Source of the DNA: a virus
Direction: 5' to 3' (one strand)
DNA: 64,000 nt
IMG/VR virus record: IMGVR_UViG_3300046532_001566
Location: 52,086 to 116,085 of that record
Below are positions 9,237 to 18,533 of the stretch, one piece after another (within the stretch, counting starts at the first letter, position 1; each line of letters starts with the position of its first letter). The translations under genes and the position numbers were made by a program. A model generated the notes under the pieces. It ran no database searches. It saw nothing but the letters and a program-made list of their open reading frames with translations, and had not been told where the DNA came from.

Positions 9237-9270
9237 AGTATAGCACCAGTTGGACCTAATGTCAACCTTT
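9237..9270 (-). promoter_or_regulatory. Early promoter (AAAGG-TTGACA-17-TATACT)
   Basis: Exact 17-nt spacing. The same extended motif occurs at 9429-9462 and 26915-26948. Confidence 0.75.
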
Positions 9271-9390
9271 ATTTTGCTTTTTTTGCAAGTTTTTTTGATA
9301 TAATTTCAAAAAATTACGGCAATTTTGTTCAGCAACCTTATCGCCTAAACTTTTATAGTGTGCAATATTTGCTTTCATTGCTTCTTCCAT
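9262..9390 (-). CDS. Small early protein, 42 aa (MEEAMKANIAHYKSLGDKVAEQNCRNFLKLYQKNLQKKQNKG)
   Basis: Translated by hand, below the ORF-track cutoff. Directly downstream of the promoter at 9429-9462. Confidence 0.55.
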   Translation of the reverse strand: MEEAMKANIAHYKSLGDKVAEQNCRNFLKLYQKNLQKKQNKG

Positions 9391-9428
9391 TTGCTTGACC
9401 TTTGTTGCTGTTTCCTTATTGTATATAC

Positions 9429-9462
9429 AGTATACGGCCTTTTATCCTAAAGAGCAACCTTT
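9429..9462 (-). promoter_or_regulatory. Early promoter (AAAGG-TTGCTC-17-TATACT)
   Basis: Matches the motif at 9237 and 26915. Confidence 0.6.
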
Positions 9463-9473
9463 TTCTGGTCCGC

Positions 9474-9543
9474 TAAGTCGTTGATTTATAAGGAAATAGT
9501 AAAATAATTGTAAAATAATTTCTCTATATAAATCAACGACTTA
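9474..9543. repeat. 17-bp perfect inverted repeat, each arm an IHF-consensus box
   Basis: TAAGTCGTTGATTTATA (9474-9490) / TATAAATCAACGACTTA (9527-9543). AATCAACGACTTA fits WATCAANNNNTTR. Confidence 0.8.
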
Positions 9544-10002
9544 CCGTAATTCCACATCTTCAAGTCCAGCCACCCGTAATTTAGTGATATTATTGATCTG
9601 AAACGACTTTGCATCCAGGGCTTTTGTGAGGCCTATAAACTTATTCCTCAATAATGCAAATTCATTGATGAGATTTTCCATTTGAGCCACTTCCGGCTCT
9701 CCATCTGTGTACTTTTCTGCGTCTCGACTGCTCAAAGTACGGTTGTAATGCTCTGTAAACTGTCTAAATTTAGCAGATCGTACTTTTCTAAGCTCAATGT
9801 TCAAATGTTCAAGGATTGCTTCAATTTCTTGAAGCTGATTAAATCTCCATTCCACTTGTCCAGGCATTTCTCTGCTTTGCTTCTCTAAACTACCGTTCAT
9901 TCTTAGCTCTTTTCTTGCTTCGTCTATTTCTGATTCAAAATATCCAATGCAAGCCGGCAAATGCGAGATATCTGTTTGAACTTTTCGGTACCAGGTGCTC
10001 AC
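9541..10002 (-). CDS. uvsY: UvsY-like recombination mediator
   Basis: Helical 153-aa protein with ..AEKYTDGE.. and KSFQINNITKLR C-terminus. Near uvsX and uvsW. Confidence 0.7.
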   Translation of the reverse strand: MSTWYRKVQTDISHLPACIGYFESEIDEARKELRMNGSLEKQSREMPGQVEWRFNQLQEIEAILEHLNIELRKVRSAKFRQFTEHYNRTLSSRDAEKYTDGEPEVAQMENLINEFALLRNKFIGLTKALDAKSFQINNITKLRVAGLEDVELR

Positions 10003-10242
10003 TTAGTAGTTCTCATCTTCTTCATCATCTTCTTCATAGTCTACATCTCCAATTAAATCAGTTAAAGCCTGTGCTATTTCTCTACCTGCTACAACTAAGT
10101 CATCTCGTTGCACTTCTAGGTTGATATAATCCTCTGCAACCCTAATAAACGAGTGTGCGGCATCTTGTCTTTCTTTTTTATCTAAGTAAGGCTTTAATGC
10201 TACCCAAATCTCTGCAAGCATTTCTCCTGAATTATCCGTCAT
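10003..10242 (-). CDS. Hypothetical acidic protein (79 aa)
   Basis: ORF with AGGAG SD, abutting uvsY. Confidence 0.7.
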   Translation of the reverse strand: MTDNSGEMLAEIWVALKPYLDKKERQDAAHSFIRVAEDYINLEVQRDDLVVAGREIAQALTDLIGDVDYEEDDEEDENY

Positions 10243-10282
10243 GTATATCGCTCCTAATTTTTAATTGTCTAAGTTGCTATAC

Positions 10283-10711
10283 TTAGTTATATTTTTTAGC
10301 GAGTCTGTCCAAGTATGTTTTATGATCTGTCCAAGTGATACCATCAACTAAGAATCCCCATTCTCGTTTTTGAATACCAGGTATGAATAAAGTCCAGGCA
10401 TTAACATTAGGGTCAATTTCTATCCTATGATAGCTTTCAGCTGATGAGATCCTGCAATGCCCAGGGCCTCTCCAGTGTTTGCCAGTTAGGGTATGCTCCC
10501 AATAACCGCCTCGAAGTATAAGAGTAAAGTATGACCACGGATGATCATGAAGGTCATCCGGGTCATTTTTCAGAAACTTATGAAGGAATATGTTAAATGG
10601 AAAATATTTACGATCTTTCAAGAACAAATAATATCGTTCTAAATAAGGCTCGTTACTATTTCTATCTAATATAAGTCTATAACGACCTATAGCTTTCATA
10701 AAACCTTTCAT
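10283..10711 (-). CDS. Cupin-like protein
   Basis: LHDHPW...GGYWE...YHRI metal-binding cupin pattern. Confidence 0.7.
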   Translation of the reverse strand: MKGFMKAIGRYRLILDRNSNEPYLERYYLFLKDRKYFPFNIFLHKFLKNDPDDLHDHPWSYFTLILRGGYWEHTLTGKHWRGPGHCRISSAESYHRIEIDPNVNAWTLFIPGIQKREWGFLVDGITWTDHKTYLDRLAKKYN

Positions 10712-10712
10712 C

Positions 10713-11834
10713 TTAACTCTCTACTGTTGTTTCTTCTACCTCTTCAGCTAATGCATCACCATCAGCTTCGCCGTTTGGACTAATTGCACCTTGATATGCC
10801 AAATCTTGACCTTTTGCAACAATATCTTTCATTACTTTATCAAGTACTTCATCAGTATATTGCTTGCGAAATTCTTTAATAATTTCACCATCAGTCATTG
10901 TGTATGCTAATTTGTTACCTTCCTTCTTTAACCAACCTCGAGCTTCAAATAATTCAACGAGACCACTATAAGGATCCATTCCAGTAGTGTACGGAATTTG
11001 TACTTGTACACTTTCAAATGGTTTTGAGTAACGTGTTTTCATAATCTTACAAGCGGCACGGATGCCATGTACCTGTGATGTCTTATTACCATCTGCATCA
11101 ACTTTAAGTTTTAGTTTTTTCATTGCTACAACCATAGAACTTGCATAGATAAAACCAGCACCGCCGGTAATTTTGTCATCTGGATCAAACATATCCTGTG
11201 AAGCATATGTATGATTAGTAACTACTAGTCCTACTGGGTGAGGTGCAATACGATTAACAGTATTTTTAATAAGAGCTGTCAATGCTTTGGCCTTACGACC
11301 CATATCACCTTTCATATCACCTGCTTCAAACTGGTTAACATCAGTTGGAGTAAGCAACATACCTACCGAATCGACAACAAACATAACTTTCTGTTGCTCT
11401 TCGTATGGCAGATCTGCATATTCGTCTTTGTAATTTTTCATGAATTCGGATAGAAATTTTGCTACCTCGTCAATCATGCTAACACCAAACCTCATTAACT
11501 TATCTGGTGAGGTATCAATGTCTAATGCTTTCAACCAATCTTCATCTAGTGCATTCTCACTATCGAGAAGTACTGGAAGAATACCAAGGTGTTGTGCATT
11601 TCGTACAAGATTACCTGAACAAATGTAACTTTTACCTGATCCTGATTCTCCTGCAAACATAGTAACTTTGCCTAATGGAATTCCACGTTCAAAATCACCA
11701 GTCATTAGATAGTTAAGTGTGTGGTTGCCTGTACTAATCCAATCTCTTGGATCATTAAATCCAGTACTCATTCCTGGTACTGCTTTAGTTAAGTTTTTTC
11801 GAAACTTAGAAACGTCAAATGCTTTAGTTGTCAT
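10713..11834 (-). CDS. uvsX: RecA-like recombinase UvsX
   Basis: GIPLGKVTMFAGESGSGKS, LDSENA, VVDSVG and TNHTY motifs. Confidence 0.93.
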   Translation of the reverse strand: MTTKAFDVSKFRKNLTKAVPGMSTGFNDPRDWISTGNHTLNYLMTGDFERGIPLGKVTMFAGESGSGKSYICSGNLVRNAQHLGILPVLLDSENALDEDWLKALDIDTSPDKLMRFGVSMIDEVAKFLSEFMKNYKDEYADLPYEEQQKVMFVVDSVGMLLTPTDVNQFEAGDMKGDMGRKAKALTALIKNTVNRIAPHPVGLVVTNHTYASQDMFDPDDKITGGAGFIYASSMVVAMKKLKLKVDADGNKTSQVHGIRAACKIMKTRYSKPFESVQVQIPYTTGMDPYSGLVELFEARGWLKKEGNKLAYTMTDGEIIKEFRKQYTDEVLDKVMKDIVAKGQDLAYQGAISPNGEADGDALAEEVEETTVES

Positions 11835-11855
11835 AATTATCCTCTCTGTGTAATT

Positions 11856-11881
11856 GGGGTGACTAATCTTCTAGCCACCCC
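11856..11881 (-). terminator. Hairpin after the gp32 gene
   Basis: GGGGTGGCTA...TAGTCACCCC stem, with only a weak U tract. Confidence 0.45.
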
Positions 11882-11892
11882 TTTATTACAAA

Positions 11893-12906
11893 TTAGCTAC
11901 CTGTTGTTTCTCTGTTACGAATCATACTTAAGATATCGTCAACACTAGGTTTCGGTGCGTCAGAGGATGCATCTGCAACTGGTGCCGCTTCTACTGCTAC
12001 TGGTGCCGCTTCTGCTACTGGAGCAGGAGTTGCTGGAGCCGGTGCAGGTGCCGCTTCTGCTACTGGAGCAGGAGTTGCCGGAGCACTAACTGGGTTAGTA
12101 GCTGAAGTAGAATTAGCAAACGTTGCACCATTAGGGCGATAATAATTGCCCCAACGTGCTGGATCATATAATTGACCATCAACCGAAGCTTCAAACATTT
12201 CTAGTTGAATGTCAACTTCTTCTTTGCCTGGACGTTTAGGCATAAAGTCTCCAAGATCAAACAATCCATGCTTTGAAACTGCACTTAGTTCTTCTTCGTT
12301 TAGACCACGTTCCTTACGAGCCCAGGATGATGTACTATAATCAGCATAGCCACCTTTCTGAGTCTTATTAATACGGAAGTCTGTACCACGTTCGTAATCA
12401 GTTGGAATTTCTTCCATTTCAACGTCCATTAACGCACTCTTAATAATTGTAAAAATCTGAGGGCTAATGATCATTCTACGAATTGGATTTTCTGGGGCAT
12501 TATCTTCGTCAAGCGGGCTTGACACTACTATTCCCTGGAACACATAAGAACGCTTTTTCCAATATTTTCGTGCTAACTGCTCCATGCTAGGGTCGTTAAA
12601 CCAAGGACGTAATTGTGCATGGATAGGACAAGCTTCTCCCCACATATCTACGCAAGGTACTTGCACAATACATTTACGAGATTCGTCTTGGCCTTTAATG
12701 CCTGGAAACTCGAAACGCATCATTAAGCGTTCTCGCCAAAAGAATGTGTTAGAATCGTCGCCGTCTGGTAGAAAGCGAATTACTGCGGATGTTCCTTCTG
12801 GAATGTTCCAATGGGCAAATAGCCCGTTATCACCGGATTGTGTTGAACCGCCCGATTTTGCGGCTTGCTCGGTTAGACGAGCTCGTATTTCTGCTAAAGT
12901 TGCCAT
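11893..12906 (-). CDS. gp32: Single-stranded DNA-binding protein (T4 gp32-like)
   Basis: AVIRFLP, ACPI, G.DFRINK and ADYSTSSW motifs, with an Ala/Pro-rich linker. Next to uvsX. Confidence 0.9.
   Translation of the reverse strand: MATLAEIRARLTEQAAKSGGSTQSGDNGLFAHWNIPEGTSAVIRFLPDGDDSNTFFWRERLMMRFEFPGIKGQDESRKCIVQVPCVDMWGEACPIHAQLRPWFNDPSMEQLARKYWKKRSYVFQGIVVSSPLDEDNAPENPIRRMIISPQIFTIIKSALMDVEMEEIPTDYERGTDFRINKTQKGGYADYSTSSWARKERGLNEEELSAVSKHGLFDLGDFMPKRPGKEEVDIQLEMFEASVDGQLYDPARWGNYYRPNGATFANSTSATNPVSAPATPAPVAEAAPAPAPATPAPVAEAAPVAVEAAPVADASSDAPKPSVDDILSMIRNRETTGS
11981..12078. repeat. Coding tandem repeat in the gp32 linker
   Basis: GGTGCCGCTTCTGCTACTGGAGCAGGAGTTGC at 12002-12033 and 12047-12078 (period 45), with a partial copy at 11981. 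Encodes ATPAPVAEAAP. Confidence 0.85.
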
Positions 12907-12993
12907 AATTAGTTATCTCCTGTATATTATGAGCCAATATTTGTTTCAGTTCTTCTGAGCCAAACAACGTAAACCTTCCCGGCCTACATTGTA

Positions 12994-13022
12994 ATTATAC
13001 TTATCTTTGAGACTAAAGTCAA
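12994..13022 (-). promoter_or_regulatory. Dual promoter of gp32 (sigma70-like plus overlapping late box)
   Basis: TTGACT-17-TATAAT with TAAGTA overlapping at 12998-13003. Confidence 0.65.
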
Positions 13023-13044
13023 GTGTCCATTTGTCCGTTTTAGA

Positions 13045-13785
13045 CTATTTTTGGTTAAAATATATGCTTGTGTGGTTGACTTCGTTTATAATTTGTGGTA
13101 AAAGGTTTGCCCACTTGCCTTTTGTAGGCCAAAGGAACCATATTTCAGATAGTTGCATCTGTACTAATATACGCCTTCTGTGTTTATAACGTGGATGTCG
13201 TTGTGTTCTAACTAATGCCGGATATATGTCATCGTGGTGATCTAAGTTTAAATCATGCCCTAACATTAACATCTCATCTTTTGGATCTGCATCTATAAAT
13301 TTACAAATATCACGTTCAACCTGTTCGGAGGAATGGTCACCATCTATAAAAACTGCATCAATATCCATATCTTGTGGAACTGTATAATCGTCACTTCTTG
13401 TAGTTATTAGTTTCCATTTATCACTTTCAACAAAATTTGTGCAATAATTAAAACTAGGTATCCAGCTATTATGCTCTTGTGCTATTTTTACCATTGCTTT
13501 CCAGTTGCTGTATATCTTAGAATCTTCTTTATCTTTTTGATCTCCTAAGCAACCTGGACCCATTTTAAAAGCAGACCATATTTCGGTTGATAATGGATCA
13601 ATACTTGTTAAGCAGGTGCTTAACGGTAAATTGTCTTTAATAGCCAATGTACTGCGTCCGACAAAACTACCAATTTCTATAAAGTTTGAATTTTCTGATG
13701 TGTGTTTAGCAATAATACCTAACAGTATTAAATCTCTCCAAAGCATCCATCCTGGTGTGTTATAGGCATTCTGCCAATTTATCAT
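13045..13785 (-). CDS. Class I SAM-dependent methyltransferase (Methyltransf_24-like)
   Basis: FIEIGSFVGRST, DAVFIDGDHS and LGHD motifs. Confidence 0.85.
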   Translation of the reverse strand: MINWQNAYNTPGWMLWRDLILLGIIAKHTSENSNFIEIGSFVGRSTLAIKDNLPLSTCLTSIDPLSTEIWSAFKMGPGCLGDQKDKEDSKIYSNWKAMVKIAQEHNSWIPSFNYCTNFVESDKWKLITTRSDDYTVPQDMDIDAVFIDGDHSSEQVERDICKFIDADPKDEMLMLGHDLNLDHHDDIYPALVRTQRHPRYKHRRRILVQMQLSEIWFLWPTKGKWANLLPQIINEVNHTSIYFNQK

Positions 13786-14693
13786 ATTAAATTTTTAGTA
13801 AAGATATCTAATTGCTCTGATACCAATCCCTGAGGGCGAATAATTTCTAGTCCCGGTAGGAGTTTAAGTTTAACGTTGGTATCTTGAATTAGATGGAAAA
13901 TTGATTCTGACACTTCTTGCCTTGGTGTAAATTCATGTGCAACAATATGATCTAGTTTCCCAGTCCGAGCGGCACGTTCCATCATTCTACGAAGTAGTTT
14001 AACTTCTGAATATCCTCGACTTTGGATTTCCTCTAGTTGCACAGAGTTATTAATTTTTTTACTATAACGTAGCAATTCCATAATGTCTGTTCGACGTCTG
14101 CTTACTTCAGCAATTTTTTCACCTAATTGATCCCAAGGCTTTCCACCTTGATCAACATGTAATGCCATTACCCTAGCACCTAATAAATGTTTATGTGGAT
14201 AACGGAATCGTTCTCCTTTGTGTTCAATAAACACATCTTGGATATTACGACTACGAGCTCCTCGTTTTTCTTCGTCAACTTTCTTAGAATGACGAATGAT
14301 AATTTTTGTTTCTCCTAATGGATGATAACTTGATTTGCTAGTGTTTCGGGCTTCGTCGGTCCTTGTTCTATGCACAAAATCCTTAGGACGAATTTCTCCA
14401 TCATAACTTCTAGTTGTAGTGCTATAAAGATAACGTCTTGCTGTAGTAGTGGCACGAGGTTTAACCTCATTTTTAATCCATTCAATATCAGCTTCGTTTG
14501 GATCATACCAAATTTCAATTTCTTTGATATCATGCTTAACTAGTATTAATGTAGCCTTATCTTTAATATAAAGATATACTGCATCTTCAGCATTAACTGT
14601 TGCTCTACCTTCTTTGTCTCGGAGTGCAACACTATGGCTAAGGCCTGATAATGTTCCTACTAAATCTCCTGATATATTATCTTTGATTGTCAT
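13782..14693 (-). CDS. Hypothetical late protein
   Basis: Start reassigned to MTIKDN (14693), which removes the overlap with terminase and follows TAAATA-N5. Confidence 0.7.
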   Translation of the reverse strand: MTIKDNISGDLVGTLSGLSHSVALRDKEGRATVNAEDAVYLYIKDKATLILVKHDIKEIEIWYDPNEADIEWIKNEVKPRATTTARRYLYSTTTRSYDGEIRPKDFVHRTRTDEARNTSKSSYHPLGETKIIIRHSKKVDEEKRGARSRNIQDVFIEHKGERFRYPHKHLLGARVMALHVDQGGKPWDQLGEKIAEVSRRRTDIMELLRYSKKINNSVQLEEIQSRGYSEVKLLRRMMERAARTGKLDHIVAHEFTPRQEVSESIFHLIQDTNVKLKLLPGLEIIRPQGLVSEQLDIFTKNLI

Positions 14694-14706
14694 ATTGTTA
14701 TTTACC

Positions 14707-16266
14707 TTATAAGAAGCCAATCGGCATAGGCTTAATTGCTTCTTCTGTATCACTATTTATTAAATATTCATAAGTTGGCATATCCCATGCCATAACTACT
14801 TCAATGATCCGCAAAGCAAGTATTGTAGACATAACTAAATCATCAGTTTCGCCGTCTTTAGCCGAAAAACTCGAACCCCTTGCAATAAAGTTCTTCATTT
14901 CCCTAAGTAAGTTATGGCTTTTAATAGTCATCTTATCACCTTCAACATAACTCTTTAAACGCATGCATGAAGTTATCTTACTTTTGTGTGTTGTATTAAA
15001 TCCTCTTCTTCCTTTACTTTGTCCTGGTTTTCTTACTTCTTGCACAAAGTTACCGGGAATATTTTCTTCCCCATATTCTTTAATAGATATTAATGACGCT
15101 TCACCAATACTGTTGTTTTCGACTGACCAATATAATTCTGCATCCGGGCATTCACTTTCTAACCAACGTAACATATTAACTAACTGTCGTAACTGTCCTT
15201 GTATGTCTGTTTTATTATGTTGCCATTCTGCAATCTGGACAACATCTGGTAACCGGTATACTTCTATTGCGGCCATATCGCCACCAGTTCCTAGACTAGG
15301 ATCCCAACCAATTACAAATGCTGATGCCTCAGGTTTGTCATACACTCTAACTTGACCAAGATTAAACTTAGCATCTTGACTTTTCATGTTTACTAATTTT
15401 AACGGGCTAATTAACGTTTCATCAGCAATAATAAACTCACATTCATGTTCACGTCTAAAACGTTCTTCTCCAATTTTACTTCTTTCTTCTTGAGCCCATT
15501 TTTCATCACGTTCTGGATGCCTGTCCCATTGGAATTGAATATTAGCAAAACCATTTTGACCTAGTGTAGGATCTTCATTAGGATTTCCAAAATCGTCAAT
15601 TTTCTTTTCAGCTTCTTTCCATATACGAGCAAATTGATCATCATCTTGATTTGGCGTACTTGTAATAATACATTTACCACCAGTTGCTAGTGTAGGAGAA
15701 ATTGAGGTCCAAAATTCCTCAGCAATTCGAGGTTTAACAAATGCAAACTCATCAGCATATAGTAAAGATATAGACATACCACGTCCGGTATTATCTGTAG
15801 TTGTTGCAGACATAATACGACTGCCGTTATCAAAATCTATACTACCTTTGTTATAACTAGTTGCTCCTGCTTTTAAAAAATCTGGAAGAGTTTCGTATGT
15901 ATAGCGAACTCTTTGCATAATTTCTTGGGCACCAGCAAACTTGTGTGCCGCTATAAGAATAGTAGTATCTGCAATAAACAACGCTCGCCAAACAAGATAT
16001 GCCGCGGCACATGCTGTTTTACCCATTTGCCTTCCAAGCATATTAATACTATATCTATTTTCGTGATAACATTTTAATAAGTCACGCTGATAACGATACA
16101 ATTTAAAAGGTATTTTACCCCTAACTGCATGTTGAACCCAGCAATGGTTATCTATAAAATGTATTGGGTCATTCGCACAAAGGGAGAGTTCACGAATTTG
16201 TTCATCCGTGAATCTCTCCAATTGATAAGGCGATTTAACAAAACTAAAATTAGGTCTGTTAGCCAT
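14707..16266 (-). CDS. gp17: Terminase large subunit (T4 gp17-like)
   Basis: LYRYQ, GRQMGKT, LLYADEFAF, TSTPN, and nuclease motifs GWDPS and DDLVM. Confidence 0.95.
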   Translation of the reverse strand: MANRPNFSFVKSPYQLERFTDEQIRELSLCANDPIHFIDNHCWVQHAVRGKIPFKLYRYQRDLLKCYHENRYSINMLGRQMGKTACAAAYLVWRALFIADTTILIAAHKFAGAQEIMQRVRYTYETLPDFLKAGATSYNKGSIDFDNGSRIMSATTTDNTGRGMSISLLYADEFAFVKPRIAEEFWTSISPTLATGGKCIITSTPNQDDDQFARIWKEAEKKIDDFGNPNEDPTLGQNGFANIQFQWDRHPERDEKWAQEERSKIGEERFRREHECEFIIADETLISPLKLVNMKSQDAKFNLGQVRVYDKPEASAFVIGWDPSLGTGGDMAAIEVYRLPDVVQIAEWQHNKTDIQGQLRQLVNMLRWLESECPDAELYWSVENNSIGEASLISIKEYGEENIPGNFVQEVRKPGQSKGRRGFNTTHKSKITSCMRLKSYVEGDKMTIKSHNLLREMKNFIARGSSFSAKDGETDDLVMSTILALRIIEVVMAWDMPTYEYLINSDTEEAIKPMPIGFL

Positions 16267-16277
16267 GTATGCTACTC

Positions 16278-17921
16278 CTACTTCTTAGCTTTTTTAGTAC
16301 TCTTCTTTGACATAATGCCTTCTGAAATAAACTTGCGGTATTCGCCAAGTGCTTTCTGAAATGACTCTTCAACATCATCAGCAGTGTGCATGCCCATTGG
16401 ATTCTCTCCTTGGCCATCTGCACGATTGATGTAATCTGAATTACCAGCCCCTTGTCCAGGCGCACTAGGTAATTTATCAAATTCTTTTGGCTCGTCCATG
16501 CTAGTTCCAGCTGGAGAATTAGCTAATTTAGACTCGTCAATATTTCCAAGACCTGATAGTTTAAGTAGTCTATTCATATCATTAACATCAATTTCTGTAC
16601 CTTGATATTTTGTAATAAGATCAGTTGTAGTAATTGCTTCTACTACTGGATCCGGAAGTCCTAATGATGTTTCTGGAATAATGTCATCATCTTTACCAAT
16701 TGCTTCGCCCATGATTTCCTTGTATGCTTGTTTTGCTTCTTCATCACTCATACCCTGTGCTGAATATTCTTCAACAAACTCTCCCATGCTCATACTTTCA
16801 GCATCATCAATCATTTTGCTCTTTGATGCGCCTTCTGTAACTGCATCTCCGTTGGAATCATAATCCGGTCCAGATGTTACTCCGCTAATTCTTGCTTGTA
16901 ATATGCGAGCAAGTTTTTGAAGTTCTTTAAATTCTTCTGTAGAAACTTCTTCTCCACTCTGGCTCTTTAGCATGGCCTTCCGGATTCTTGCTTGTAATAT
17001 GCGAGCAGTCCGTGCCATGTCATCATCTTCTTTAACTGTTGCCTCTACTAATCCCATTTCTTTAGCGATTTGGTAGCGTAGTTGATCAGCGTCTCCTGGC
17101 TCCATGTCAGCACTGCCTCTGCGCCTTGCTTCATTGTCTACTTTACTAGCATTTTCTCTACCTAGCTTATCTAGATCTTTAAAGCCCATTCTGCCTTCTT
17201 CAAGTCCTGCTAATTCAACTATTCTGTTTATTTCAGCTAGGTCGAGCGTTTCTGACTCTTCAATTGACTCTTTAACCCAATTATCGCCATTCTCGTCAGC
17301 ACAATCACATTCACATGATGTAGATGCAGGCTTATGCATTTCGTCTCCGCAATGCTTACAGACCATCTTATCTTTAGCTTCTACTACTTCTTCAGCTTCG
17401 TTCTTTTTTTCATCTTCGTCTTCGTCTTCGTCCTTGTCGGCCCAATCAGGAATGCCATCTCCGTCAGCATCTGGCTTTTTAGCTTCTGTTGGTTGTTCTT
17501 CTTCACCTTCTGATGCACATGCACCCATTAATGGAGCTTCATCTTCACCGGCTTCGTCATCAGTTGGAATTACCATTGGTAAGTCTTCAATGTCGCCACC
17601 ATCAATATCAGCATCTGGTGCGTCCAGGACAGGTGTATCATTAACTTCAATACCTGCTAGTTTTAACATGTTAGTAATCATATCTGCTTGCTCTGGCGCT
17701 ACTTTAATTTCAGTTGGAGTATTAACTGTTAACGTAACTTCTTCTCCACCTTCAACAACTGCGTCATCACCCATGTTGTCCCATGCTTCTTCAATACCTT
17801 CTTTGGTAATTCTTACATTTTCATTTACTTGAGCTAATGCAACTAGGTCCTCACTCTTAACGATAGGAGTGAAACCATTAATTGCTTCTAAAACTCTCTT
17901 AATATCACTATTATCAGCCAT
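16278..17921 (-). CDS. Acidic low-complexity protein, probably a prohead core/internal head protein
   Basis: Very D/E-rich, many (I/L/V)xE sites like gp21 cleavage sites, and three L-[KE]-L-[AS]-G-[IL]-type motifs. Confidence 0.65.
   Translation of the reverse strand: MADNSDIKRVLEAINGFTPIVKSEDLVALAQVNENVRITKEGIEEAWDNMGDDAVVEGGEEVTLTVNTPTEIKVAPEQADMITNMLKLAGIEVNDTPVLDAPDADIDGGDIEDLPMVIPTDDEAGEDEAPLMGACASEGEEEQPTEAKKPDADGDGIPDWADKDEDEDEDEKKNEAEEVVEAKDKMVCKHCGDEMHKPASTSCECDCADENGDNWVKESIEESETLDLAEINRIVELAGLEEGRMGFKDLDKLGRENASKVDNEARRRGSADMEPGDADQLRYQIAKEMGLVEATVKEDDDMARTARILQARIRKAMLKSQSGEEVSTEEFKELQKLARILQARISGVTSGPDYDSNGDAVTEGASKSKMIDDAESMSMGEFVEEYSAQGMSDEEAKQAYKEIMGEAIGKDDDIIPETSLGLPDPVVEAITTTDLITKYQGTEIDVNDMNRLLKLSGLGNIDESKLANSPAGTSMDEPKEFDKLPSAPGQGAGNSDYINRADGQGENPMGMHTADDVEESFQKALGEYRKFISEGIMSKKSTKKAKK
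16888..17007. repeat. 24-bp exact direct repeat inside CDS
   Basis: ATTCTTGCTTGTAATATGCGAGCA at 16888-16911 and 16984-17007 (ARILQARI twice). Confidence 0.9.
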
Positions 17922-18511
17922 TAGTTTGTTTCCTTATTTGCTTTAGTTAAAGGACTATCTGAAACTGATTTATCGTTTAGAATTGGTCCTGATGCTTTAA
18001 CATTTGTATCTTTAGTTAAAACTACTTTTCTACGGTCATCTTTGATCGCATCATCAACAAGTTCTGCAACATATTCGTCGCCAGCTACATCTTTAGCCGC
18101 AACTGGATTTGCTTCATTGTCTGAATATTCTGTTCCTGTAATTGCTTCATATTCTGCATCCGATTCTGGTTGCATTTGAGATTGCATTAAAGGATCATCG
18201 TGGCTAAATGCTCGCAAAGTACCTTCAGGAATTCGTAGAATTCCTCTAAGCTCATCTTCTAGCATAGTTGTTTGTATTGGTAATCTAGTTGTACAATCAA
18301 TTACAACAATTTCATGTCCGCCATATGATGGAAAATCAGGTGGCAGTGTTTGTAACATAAGTTTTTCCGGTCTTCCAACTTCTAACGCATCATACTTCTT
18401 CATATGGCGTTCAATAGTTTCAAGTTGTTTCTCGCTAGGCGAGAAGACCATCTTTACACGGTATTTGTGTTCCCGTTGTAGTTGGTTAATGTATTCTAAT
18501 AACGTGGGCAT
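17921..18511 (-). CDS. Hypothetical late protein
   Basis: 196-aa ORF with AGGAG SD and TAAATA upstream. Confidence 0.7.
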   Translation of the reverse strand: MPTLLEYINQLQREHKYRVKMVFSPSEKQLETIERHMKKYDALEVGRPEKLMLQTLPPDFPSYGGHEIVVIDCTTRLPIQTTMLEDELRGILRIPEGTLRAFSHDDPLMQSQMQPESDAEYEAITGTEYSDNEANPVAAKDVAGDEYVAELVDDAIKDDRRKVVLTKDTNVKASGPILNDKSVSDSPLTKANKETN

Positions 18512-18533
18512 AATTATATCTCCTCATATACAC

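Noticed and set aside
14707-16266. Inteins or introns in terminase, helicases, UvsX or MCP
   Set aside because: Lengths and motif spacing are normal, with no inserted Hint or homing-endonuclease segments seen.
17104-17832. Long plus-strand ORFs antisense to real genes (also 8700-9101, 44551-45081, 46196-46636, 49999-50718 and others)
   Set aside because: Ser/Pro/Leu-rich shadows of biased codons on the coding strand, with no motifs or RBS.
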